Source: Chiloscyllium plagiosum (Eukaryota). Taken from it: a stretch of DNA of 55,499 nucleotides. A program made the position numbers and the translations under genes. The stretch is from assembly GCF_004010195.1 (NCBI RefSeq), contig NC_057718.1, positions 102,009,901 to 102,065,399 of the forward strand, given 5' to 3'. This document shows positions 13,691 to 25,000 of this stretch, piece by piece. The notes beneath the pieces were generated by a model. It did no database searches and was not told where the DNA came from. It saw only the letters and a program-made list of their open reading frames with translations. How positions within the stretch are numbered: the first letter of the stretch is position 1; each line of letters begins with the position of its first letter.

Positions 13691-13907
13691 TGTAATATTA
13701 TCGATTGGCAGAACAGACTTGAGAGGCTATCTGTTTTTCTCCTGCTCCTAATTCTGGTATTGATATAACTTATCATTTATATCATTTTAATCTGCCATAT
13801 CCTCATCTGCACTGAAGGTATTGAGAGGCTCTGGTGTTGAGGTGGGCCTTACATTGCTGAGGTTCAGTTGTGATTGTCAGCAGGTGACTTGACTGATCCA
13901 ACCACGA

Positions 13908-14123
13908 GTTGAAACTTTATTGCTGGAACAGCACAGCAGGTCAGGCAGCATCCAGGGAACAGGAGATTCGACGTTTCGGGCACAGGCCCTTCTTCAGAAG
14001 AAGGGCCTGTGCCCGAAACGTCGAATCTCCTGTTCCCTGGATGCTGCCTGACCTGCTGTGCTGTTCCAGCAATAAAGTTTCAACTTTGATCTCCAGCATC
14101 TGCAGACCTCACTTTCTCCTCGA
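13908..14123. mobile_element. Palindromic Penelope-like element, family A (young, opposite orientation to the 11676 copy)
   Basis: 89-bp inverted arms 13907-13995 and 13997-14085; direct repeat tgatccaaccacga at 13894-13907 and 14124-14137. Confidence 0.85.
13970..13997 (-). ncRNA. Minimal type I hammerhead ribozyme motif (sense in the pcsk2 pre-mRNA)
   Basis: Minus strand reads CTGAAGA-A-GGGC-ctgt-GCCC-GAAA-CG-TC. Confidence 0.7.
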
Positions 14124-15037
14124 TGATCCAACCACGACCCCACCTTCAACTGACCTCCAGACAAGTCTACACCTTCCCCCCAGCCCCTGCCCACCCCGCC
14201 CCCACAATTTTCCAGAAGGCACGATGCAGATAAAACTCATCATCCCTCCCCCGAATCAATTGTCTCACTGTTACTAAGTGAGCATGTGGAAAGCAGGAAC
14301 AAATGAACGAAGCAGTGAGGAACACGCATTGAGCAGATTTTCACCCCTTTATTGTTTTCATTTTTGTTGGGACGGTTTCCTTACTCTAGTGGCTTCATGT
14401 AAAATCTCTTCTCCATGTTTGTTACAACACTCCAGCTGACAAGAGCCAGAAATTCAAAAGCATTCAATCTCTCCAAAGGCGAGTTAAGTGTCTGGAGCAG
14501 TCATAAAGCCACAAACTCTGCAATATTCTGTGTTGAATTGTAAAAAACTAAAATAAAGTACATGATCTATTTTCGCCACTGTAAATAGAATGGTAGTGAT
14601 TCACACTTGAGGATGAGATTGACTGGGCACTTGAGAAAGATTGCTCCAATGATGATGATTTGGACACAAACACTTCTACCCAGGCCTCTAGAAAGCAGAC
14701 TTAAAAGCGAAATATTCACGAGGCAAATAAGGAAAACTGATGGTGTCATCTATTCTAAGCTGTTAGGGTGTGTTTTCCTGAAATAATGTTGGAAAAGGCT
14801 GTGTTTACCACCACAGAAACTTCAGAGGCTACATTCACTGCCCAATGCAGTCACAGTTCCTCTGATATTACTGCTACATGAATTTGCCTACGTCAAAGAA
14901 TGAGACCGCTTACAGTGTTCATTTTACAACGTGTGAAATTAATTCAGTCCAAATCTTTGGTTTGTGATTTGCTCACTGCCCCACTCCCAAGACTTGGCTA
15001 CATCACTCATTACCTCCTGGCTGCCTCAAAACCTCTA

Positions 15038-15163
15038 GGAGAAAGTGAGGAATGCAGATGCTGGAGATCAGAGCTGAAAATGTGTTGCTGGAAAAGCGCA
15101 GGTCAGGCAGCATCCAAGGAGCAGGAGAATCGACGTTTCGGGCATGAGCCCTTCTTTAGGAAT
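15038..15163. mobile_element. Family A single arm with mutated hammerhead core, abutting a family C arm fragment
   Basis: ggagaaagtgagg...gacgtttcgggcatgagcccttctttagg; the minus-strand core reads CTAAAGA instead of CTGAAGA. Confidence 0.7.
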
Positions 15164-15794
15164 TTGTGATTTCAAATAACCTTTTGGACTATAACTTGGT
15201 GTCGTGAGACTTCTGACTTCTGTTCACTAATGTCCTCTAGGGAAGGAAACTGCCAACCTTACCTGGTCTGGCCTACATGTGACTCCAGACCCATAGCAAT
15301 GTGGTTGACTCTTAACTGCCCTTTGAAATGGTTCAGAGAGCCATCTAGTTTATAAGGGATGGATAATAAATGCTCACCTTGCCAGTGTCTCTCACATTCC
15401 ATGAAAGAATAAGGGAAGAAAATATGTACTTTAACACCCACAATTTAACATAGTCCGAGAAAAAGCAATACCAAACTTTCTCAGCATGCAAATCACATCC
15501 ACACCGGCCTTTATCTGTACCACAGTGAAACTGTACAGATGAGACAAAATGTCACTCTCTTCGCTCCCACATCTCCTTTTGTAATGATGTGAGCCAGCCC
15601 CGCAGTAAATTCAAAGCAAACCGTATCTGATGCAAATTACATTTGATAACATTCATACAAAATTAGAGAACAGAAATGGACTTTTGAATTATCAGGTACT
15701 TTCAAGGGTTATGTTTTATTCTTTCTGAATTTGTTCGCTAAGGCTTGAATGATTGTTTTTGCTCCCTGCTGATTAGCTGACCACATTATGAGTT

Positions 15795-15808
15795 GTTGCC
15801 TAGGTAAC
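15795..15808. promoter_or_regulatory. RFX X-box motif in pcsk2 intron 2
   Basis: GTTGCCTAGGTAAC fits the X-box palindrome GTTRCC-NN-GGYAAC and lies in non-repeat sequence. Confidence 0.55.
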
Positions 15809-15840
15809 GGCTGCTGAAGGCTGGAGAAGCATTAGCTTAC

Positions 15841-15945
15841 CCTTGGGTTCTTTTCCAGATAAAGCTTGTATCGAGTATTGCGTCTTCGCCTGGCCTTTGG
15901 AATACCGTTATGAGCAAAGTGATAGAGTCCATCTCCAAATGGGAG
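15841..15945 (-). CDS. pcsk2: Prohormone convertase 2 (PC2), coding exon 2 (prodomain)
   Basis: 105 nt, phase 0/0, tacag|CTC...AGG|gtaag; encodes LPFGDGLYHFAHNGIPKARRRRNTRYKLYLEKNPR, matching the vertebrate PC2 LPFAEGLYHFYHNGLAKAKRRR... segment as recalled. Confidence 0.95.
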
Positions 15946-16167
15946 CTGTAGCAAAACAGAAAGTGTTTAATCAATACCTTACTGTCAACGCTGTGGCTGT
16001 CCCATGAATTTTGTATGGTATCTTCAGTTGAGAATAAATGTCTACACTCTTTCGATTTTCGCTTTCACTAGAAGCATCCTAATCTAATTCTTCGAGTGGA
16101 AATCAGACCCATGGTGGAAGGACTTCACATTTAAGTCTCCACCCAATTTCAAGTCAATGAGTACAGA

Positions 16168-16498
16168 ATCACTACAGTGTGGAAGGAGGCACTTCGGCCC
16201 ATCAAGTCTGTACTGACCCACCGAAGGGCAACCCTCCCAGACACCCCATCATGTCCCATAGCCCCACATTTCCAAAGGCTAATCCACCTACCCGACACAT
16301 CCCTGGACACTTTGCCATGTCCAATTCACCTAACCTGCACATCTTTGGACTGTGAGAGGAAACTGGAGTACCCGGGGGAAACCCACGCAGTCACGGGGAG
16401 AACGTGCAAACTCCACGCAGACAGTTGTCTGAGAGTGGAATCAAATCTGGGTCCCCAGCGCTGTGAGGAAGCGGTGCTAACCACTGAGCCACTGTGCC
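16168..16498 (-). mobile_element. HE1-type V-SINE
   Basis: Tail, V core and tRNA-like head in reverse orientation. Confidence 0.8.
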
Positions 16499-19113
16499 AG
16501 CTACAATAGAGTATGGAGAGCAAAACCAGGTCCCACAGCGGCCCCAATGTAGTGATTCCATTTACAATGCCTCCTTCAAACTCTTTGCTCTACACTCAAT
16601 AGATTTCATGCACTAGCTCTTTGCACTTTCTGGAAAATGCCAGACTGCTACAGAATCATTTTGTGTTACACATGTAATCTATTGGTGAAGAATCTTCAAA
16701 TAATTCACTATACTGGAGAATAGTTTAACCCTTAAGAAGCTACATGTTTGATAAAGTTGGACTTCTTGTGCGTTCATTTTGCATTTTGAAGTGAGATTGA
16801 GTAGATTGCATCTATGTTCATTGGGGCCTGGAAGAAACAAAGGTCAAAATCCTTAATGGGCTTGACAGGGTACAACATGCACCAATCCATCCCTTCAACA
16901 TTCACTAGATCCACTGTGCGGTGCATGGGAGCAGCAATGGGTACCATCTACAAGATGCACAGCAGCAACTCACTAAGGGATCCTTAGACTGTACCTTCTA
17001 AACCCATCACCTCTGCTATCCAGAAAGACAAATGCAGCAGATACATGGGAACACCAAGTTCCCCTCCAAGCCACTCACCATCCTGTCTTGGAAATATATC
17101 ACTGTTCTTTCAGTGCCGTTGGGTCAAAATCCTGGAACCTCTTTTATTCACTCGTGGAACATGGATATCATTGGTTGGGCCAGTATTTATTGCCCATTCC
17201 TAGTTGTGGTGGTAGTGGTGAGCTACCTTCTTGAAGTGCTGTGGTCCACATTATAGATTTCCAAGTCAGCATGGTGAGTGGCTTGGAGAAAAGCTTGCAA
17301 ATAGTGGTGTCCCTACATATTGCTACCAATGTCCTTGCAGGTGGAAGTGTTTGGAAGGATTTTTATTGAAGTCCCTCCCAAACCAAGTATTGGTGTACCC
17401 ACACTGCATAGCCCTACAGCAATATAAGAAGGTGACTCACCACTAGCTTCTCAAGTTCAACTCGGGATGGACAATAAATACTGGCCCAGCCAGCAATCTC
17501 CACATCCCATCAATGAATGAAAAAATGGTCCTTATAATTTTAACGATTATAAATGGAGAATATATATATTTGGAAAAGGTGCGTAGCATCAAACCAACTA
17601 GAATGGCATTGAATATTGGAAGAGATTGCCAAAGGAAGTGGTTTAAAGGGAATCTGGATGGATTTATGAATAGGAAGGGTTTAGATGGATATGGGTCAAA
17701 TACTGGCAGATGGGACTAGATTAATTTAGGATATCTGGTTGGCATGCATGAATTGGACCGAAGGGTCTGTATCCATGGCTGTACAACTGTATGTATTACT
17801 CTAGATGTTATTCAATGAGGTAGTGTATACATTGCTTAAGGATCTCTTTTGAGGTTCACACTTTGTAGCCAAACATCACCAGTGTATTACTGTAACTGAA
17901 CGTTGCTCCATCTGAAATACTCGCTTGCCTAACAGCAACACATCCACTCCCATGAAATACATAGCTTTAACTTTCCACATGGGTATCTTAGCTTTACATC
18001 CAAATTACTGCAATTACAGTGTTCAGTTGTCACAATGAAGCAGATGAGAGGATCAATCATACCTTAACAAATCAAATGAAGTTTTTTTCAATTTGAATCA
18101 TTAAATTAAAACAGGTGATTTAGCACCACAGTGTAGACTTGAAAATAAACAGTAAAATGTGGAATACAGGCTGACTGAATACTGTGGAAATTGACTCTGT
18201 TTTACCTTCTAGTTGCATGTGTACTGAGCTCTCGCTTTCTTCCCTTTGGCCAATGTCAGAATATTTGTTATTCGACAATTGCACACTTCTCATTTAAGTG
18301 GGCACCTTTACCAGGTCCTCAGCAGGTTTTCACTCTTTCAGGTAACTTGATGCATCATCCATTCTCTCCTGTGCATTCTGTGGAGTTGGCATGACTTATT
18401 TCCAGTTCGTGACTTCACTACCAATGAGAAGAGAGCTGCCTATTCCCCTTGGCTAACCCATTTCACTTTAATAGCTCATTTCCAATTTGATTGATAACTC
18501 CTCACTTCGGTTCCTGCTGGAGTCATACATTGCAGCACAAGTGAAAACAGAAAGCGTGTGCAGAGAATGAGGCCATTCTGTCCATTTGGTCCTTCTTCGC
18601 CACCCGCCCCATCCTACCCTCCAGTTCAAGGTGTAAGACGACACCAAAGTGTTTTTTCAAATACGTTGAGGGTTTCCACTTCATTCGCATAAGAGAGTTC
18701 CAGAAATTCTGAGTGAAAAGATGTTGTTTTTGACTTCCCTGTAATCCATATTACTTTAAATCTAAACCTCCTGGTTATTAATCTCCCTGTGCAGGGCAAT
18801 ACATCCTTCCTATTCACACTCTCTAGGTCCCTCACACTTACCGGTAGATGCTTGGCACTTCTTGTCTGAATCACAGAATTGTTCTGATGCAGAAGGAGGC
18901 CATTCAGCCCACTGTTCTATCCCCTAGCACCAATCTCCTGCCTTTTCCCCACATCCCTGCATCCCATTCTATCCAAATAATCATCCAGTGTCTGTCTTGA
19001 TGCTTCAATTGAACCTGCCTCCATCAAATTTCCAGGCAGGACATTCCACACCCTAACCAGCATGTGAGGATTTTGATCACGTCATCCTTGCTTGGTTTAC
19101 ACATCACTCTTAA

Positions 19114-19436
19114 TTAGATTAGATTACTTACAGTGTGGAAACAGGCCCTTCGGCCCAACAAGTCCACACCGACCCTCCAAAGCGCAACCCACCCATACCC
19201 CTACATGCACCCCTTTTTACCTAACACTACGGGCAATTTAACATGGCCAATTCACCTAACCTGCACATCTTTGGACTGTGGGAGGAAACAGGAGCACCCG
19301 GAGGAAACCCACGCAGACACGGGGAGAATGTGCAAACTCCACACAGTTAGTCACCTGAGGCAGGAATTGAACCCGGGTCTCTGGCACTGTGAGGCAACAG
19401 TGCTAACCACTGTGCCACTGTGCCACCGTGCCACCC
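19114..19436 (-). mobile_element. HE1-type V-SINE, full length
   Basis: Close to the reverse complement of 33954-34283, with a (ttaga)n tail. Confidence 0.85.
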
Positions 19437-19629
19437 ATCATCTACAGCCTCTCATTCTTCCTCCTATTAAGAATGGGAAAAACTTCTCCCTATCTACTCT
19501 ATCCAACTCACTCATGGATGCCCCTCCTATAACCACAAACCTCACCCCTATCTGATCCTTTGAGTAATTTTGGCCCATTTTTAAATGAAGCCCACATTGC
19601 TATTTTCTCCCCACGCCCTTTTATATTCT

Positions 19630-20050
19630 TCATTAACAACAGCTCCAACAACACTCAATAAGCTTGATACCATCCAGGATAAAGTAGCCTTTAGATTAGC
19701 ACAACATCCACAAACATCCGCTCCTTCCAACATTGGTGCCCAGTAGCAGCAGTGCTTACTATCTACAAGAGGCACTGCAGAGATTCACTAAAGATCCTCA
19801 GGCAGCACATTCCAAACCCAGGAGCATTTCCATCTAGAAGGACAAGGTCAGCAGATACATGGGAACACCACCTCCTGCAAGTTTCTCTCCAAGCCACTCC
19901 CCATCCAGACTTGGAAATATATCGCTGTTCCTTCACTGTCACTGGGTCAAAATCCTGGAACTCCCTCAGTAATAGCAGTATGGGTGCCCCTACACAAAAG
20001 GGGCAATAACAGTTCAAGAATGCAGCTCCTCACCAGCTCCCCAAAGGCAA
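19630..20050 (+). mobile_element. L2/CR1-group 3' fragment interrupted at 20050; appears to resume at ~25010-25070
   Basis: Ends ...ccccaaaggcaa and continues ttgggggttggcaacaaatactggccc, collinear with uninterrupted copies at ~17430-17525 and ~29500-29600. Confidence 0.65.
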
Positions 20051-23000
20051 TGAATCAAATTGAATTAGCTTTATGTCGAGAGTATGTTGTTGGAAAAGCA
20101 CAGCAGGAATAATGAAGGGTTCCAGCCCGAAACATCAATTCTCCTGCTTCTCGGATGCTGCCTGACCTGCTGTGCTGTTCCAGCAACACACTCTCAACTC
20201 TGATCTCCAGCATCTGCAGACCTCACTGTCTCCTGAATTAGCTTACAGATCCTAGAAATAAATTAGAAAATAGAGAAAAATAAAGTTCAGAATAACAGTC
20301 CTTCCAGCCCAGTCTACTTTGGCAGTTAGCCACCATAGCCGGGCCTTGATTCTTGTCCATGGTCAGGCCGTGACTCCAGTCCACAACCAGGCCTTGACTT
20401 GAGACCACAGCCTGTCCTTGACTCCAGTCCACAGTCAGGCCTTCATTCCAGTCCAAAGTCAGGCCTTGACTCCAGACCACAGCCTGGCCTTGACTCCAGT
20501 CCACAGTCGGGCCTTGACTCCAGACCACAGTCGGGCCTTGACTCCAGTCCACAGCCTGGCCTTGACTGCAGTCCACAGTCGGGCCTTGACTCCAGTCCAT
20601 GGTCGGACCTTGACTCCAGTCCACAGTCGGGCCTTGACCCCTGTCCACAGTCGGGCCTTGACTCCAGTCCATGGTTGGGCCTTGACTGCAGACCACAATC
20701 GGGCCTTGACTCCAGACCACAGTCAGGCCTTGCCTCCAGTCCACAGTCGGGCCTTGACTCCAGACCACATTTGGGCATTGACTCTAGTCCCCAGCCTGGC
20801 CTTGACTCCAGACCACAGTCAGGCCTTGCCTCCAGTCCACAGTCGGGCCTTGACTCCAGACCACAGCCAGTCCTTGTCTCTAGACCACAGTCAGGCCTTG
20901 ACTCCAGACCACAGTCAGGTCTTGACTCCGGTCCATGGTTGGACCTTGACTCCAGTCCACAGTCGGGCCTTGACTCCAGACCACAGCCTGTCCTTGACTC
21001 CAGACCACAGTCGGGACTTGACTCCAGACCACAGTCGGGCCTTGACTCCAGTCCATGGTTGGGCCTTGACTGCAGACCACAATCGGGCCTTGACTCCAGA
21101 CCACAGTCGGGTCTTGACTCCGATCCATGGTCGGACCTTGACTCCAGTCCACAGTCGGGCCTTGACTGCAGTCCACAGTCAGGCCTTGACCTCAGACTAC
21201 AGCCTGTCCTTGAACCCAGACCACAGTCGGACCTTGACTCCAGATCACAGTTGAGCCTTGACTCCAGTCCACAGCCGGTCCTTGACTCCAGACCACAGCC
21301 TGTCCTTGACTCCAGACCACAGTCGGGCCTTGTCTCCAGACCACAGTCAGGCCTTGACTCCAGTCCATGGTCGGGCCTTGACTCCAGTCCACAGTCGGGC
21401 CTTGACTACAGTCCACAGCCTGGCCTTGACTGCAGACCACAGTCGGGCCTTGACTCCAGTCCATGGTCGGGCCTTGACTGCAGACCACAGTTGGGCCTTG
21501 ACTCCAGTCCACAGTCGGGCCTTGACTCCAGTCCACAGTCGGGCCTTGACTCCAGACCACAGTCAGGTCTTGACTCCAGTCCACAGTCGGGCCTTGACTC
21601 CAGTCCACAGTTGGGTCTTGACTCCAGTCCACAGCCGGGCATTGACTTCAGACCACAGTCAGGCCTTGACTGCAGTCCACAGTCGGGCCATGACTGCAGT
21701 CCACAGTCGGGCCTCGACTGCAGACCACAGTCGGGCCTTGACTCCAGACCACAGTCAGTCCTTGACTCCAGACCACAATCAGGCCTTGACTGCAGTCCAC
21801 AGTCGGGCCTTGACTGCAGACCACAGTCGGGCCTTGACTCCAGACCACAGTCGGTCCTTGATTCCAGACCACAGTCTGGCCATGACTGCAGAGCACAGTC
21901 GGGCCGTGACTCCAGTCCACAGTTGGGCATTGACTCCAGACCACAGTCGGGCCTTGACTCCAGTCCACAGCCTGTCCTTGACTCCAGTCCACAGTCGGGC
22001 CTTGACTCCAGTCCATGGTCGGACCTTGACTCCAGTCCACAGGCTGTCCTTGACTCCAGACCACAGCCTGTCCTTGACTCCAGACCACAGTCAGGCCTTG
22101 ACTCCAGTCCACAGCCTGTCCTTGACTCCAGACCACATTCAGGCCTTGACCCCAGACCACAGTCGGGCCTTGACTCCAGTCCACAGTCTGGCCTTGACTC
22201 CAGAGCACAATCGGTCCTTGACTCCAGACCACAGTCGGGCATTGACTCCAGACCACAGTCAGGCCTTGACTCCAGTCCACAGCCTGGCCTTGACTCCAGT
22301 CCACAGTCGGGCCTTGACTCCAGTCCATGGTCGGACCTTGACTCCAGTCCATAGCCTGTCCTTGACTCCAGACCACAGCCTGTCCTTGACTCCAGACCAA
22401 GGTCGGGCCTTGACTCCAGTCCACAGCCTGTCCTTGACTCCAGACCACATTCAGGCCTTGACACCAGACCACAGTCAGGCCTTGACTCCAGTCCACAGTC
22501 GGGCCTTGACTCCAGACCACAGTCGGGCCTTGACTCCAGTCCACAGTCGGGCCTTGACTCCAAACCACAGTCGGGCCTTGACTCCAGACCACAGTCGGGA
22601 CTTGACTGCAGTCCACAGTCGGGCCTTGACTCCAGATCACAGTCAGGCCTTGACTCCAGTCCACAGTCGGGCCTCGACTGCGGACCACAGTCGGGCCTTG
22701 ACTCCAGACCACAGTCAGTCCTTGACTCCAAATCACAATCAGGCCTTGACTGCAGTCCACAGTCAGGCCTTGACTGCAGACCACAGTCGGGCCTTGACTC
22801 CAGACCACAGTCGGTCCTTGACTCCAGACCACAGTCTGGCCTTGACTGCAGTCCACAGTCGGGCCTTGACTCCAGTCCATGGTCGGACCTTGACTCCAGA
22901 CCACAGCCTGGCCTTGACTGCAGTCCACAGTCGGGCCTTGACTCCAGTCCATGGTCGGGCCTTGACTCCAGTCCACAGCCTGTCCTTGACTCCAGACCAC

Positions 23001-25000
23001 AGCCTGTCCTTGACTCCAGACCACATTCAGGCCTTGACTCCAGACCACAGTCGGGCCTTGACTCCAGTCCACAGTCTGGCCTTGACTGCAGAGCACAGTC
23101 GGGCCTTGACTCCAGACCACAGTCGGGCATTGACTCCAGACCACATTCAGGCCTTGACTCCAGACCACAGACGGGCCTTGACTCCAGTCCACAGTTGGGC
23201 CTTGACTCCAGACCACAGTCAGGTCTTGACTGCAGTCCACAGTCGCGCCTTGACTCCAGTCCACAGTCGTGCCTTGACTCCAGATCACAGTCAGGCCTTG
23301 ACTCCAGACCACAGTCGGGCCTTGACTCCAGACCACATTCAGGCCTTGACTCCAAACCACAGTCAGGCCTTGACTCCAGTCTACAGTCGGGCCTTGACTC
23401 CAGACCACATTCAGGCCATGACTGCAGAGCACAGTCGGGCCTTGACTCCAGTCCACAGTCGTGCCTTGACTCCAGATCACAGTCAGGCCTTGACTCCAGT
23501 CCACAGTCGGGCCTTGACTCCAGACCACAGTCAGGCCTTGACTGCAGTCCACAGTCGGGCCTTGACTCCAGACCACATTCAGGCCTTGACTCCAGACCAC
23601 AGTCGGGCCTTGACTCCAGTCCACAGTCTGTCCTTGACTCCAGACCACAGTCTGGCCTTGACTCCAGACCACAGTCTGGCCTTGACTCAGACCACAGTCA
23701 GGCCTTGACTCCAGTCCACAGTCGTGCCTTGACTCCAGATCACAGTCAGGCCTTGACTCCAGTCCACAGTCGGGCCTTGACTCCAGACCACAGTCAGGCC
23801 TTGACTGCAGTCCACAGTCGGGCCTTGACTCCAGACCACATTCAGGCCTTGACTCCAGACCACAGTCGGGCCTTGACTCCAGTCCACAGTCTGGCCTTGA
23901 CTGCAGAGCACAGTCGGGCCTTGACTCCAGTCCACAGTCGGGCATTGACTCCAGACCACATTCAGGCCTTGACTCCAGACCACAGTCAGGCCTTGACTCC
24001 AGTCCACAGTCGGGCCTTGACTCCAGATCACAGTCAGGCCTTGACTCCAGTCCGCAGTCGGTCCTTGACTCCAGACCACAGTCAGGCCTTGACTGCAGTC
24101 CACAGTCGGGCCTTGACTCCAGACCACATTCAGGCCTTGACTCCAGACCACAGTCGGGCCTTGACTCCAGTCCACAGCCTGTCCTTGACTCCAGACCACA
24201 GCCTGTCCTTGACTCCAGACCACAGTCTGGCCTTGACTCCAGTCCATGGTCAGGCCTTGACTCCTGTGCACAGTCGGGCCTTGACTCCAGTCCATGGTTG
24301 GGCCTTAACCCCAGTCCATGGTTGGGCCTTGACTGCAGACCACAGTCGGGCCTTAGACTCCAGACCACAGTCTGGCCTTGACTCCAGTCCATGGTCAGGC
24401 CTTGATTCCAGTCCACAGTTGGGCCTTGACTCCAGTCCATGGTTGGGCCTTAACCCCAGTCCATGGTTGGGCCTTGACTGCAGACCACAGTCGGGCCTTA
24501 ACTCCATGCCAGACTTCACCTCGAGGCTCTTGAGGCCGGGAGAGCACTCTGAAATCAACTCAGAAGTTCACGCTGCGGTCATGCCGGGACGAAAGGCTGC
24601 CATGCTGGGCTGTGAGACCACCTTGCCATGGCATGAGACAACATGTGCTGCTGAGAGACTGCCACGCTGGGCCGGGGGGACACTACACCAGGCTGGGAGG
24701 CTGGCATGGTGGGGTGAAAGACCACTACACCGAGCCAGGGGAGCAGTACACCAGGCCGGGAGATTGATATGCCTGGCCGAGAGACAGCGTGTGCCACCGA
24801 GAGCCTGCCACAGTGATCTGGGGGGACCACTGGGCCGAGGAGACGCCTCACCAAGTCCACGCTGAGGCCAGGAGTTCAGGACGTTGGTGAGAAGAATGAA
24901 GAAGAAAGAAAAAAAGACACGAAAGAGAAAAAAAGGAAAAAGAATCAGATGGAGCAGACAATGTCCAGTTCAAATATCCTACCCTGGCGCCATCTTGGAA
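20051..25000 (-). mobile_element. Putative non-autonomous retroelement carrying the minisatellite
   Basis: Minus-strand 5' end CAAGATGGCGCC followed by a pyrimidine tract and a GC-rich repetitive leader; left end tgaatcaaattgaattagctttat resembles a reversed simple-repeat tail. Confidence 0.45.
20333..24506. repeat. 24-bp minisatellite, ~4.2 kb, roughly 174 units
   Basis: Consensus GGCCTTGACTCCAG(A/T)CCACAGTCG; register shifts by a 1-nt deletion near 23688 and is restored by a 1-nt insertion near 24355. Confidence 0.98.

Noticed and set aside
1..15840. pcsk2 exon 3 (expected ...RKKRGYRDIN...NDPLF.KQWYL)
   Set aside because: No matching sequence was found by eye; it probably lies beyond the left edge of the window.
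20333..24506. CRISPR-like appearance of the regular array
   Set aside because: Units are contiguous with no unique spacers, there are no cas genes, and the DNA is vertebrate.
20238..24865. Very long ORFs (556-930 aa) on both strands
   Set aside because: The 24-bp unit is a multiple of 3 and is stop-free in five of six frames; the products are pure octapeptide repeats with no gene structure.
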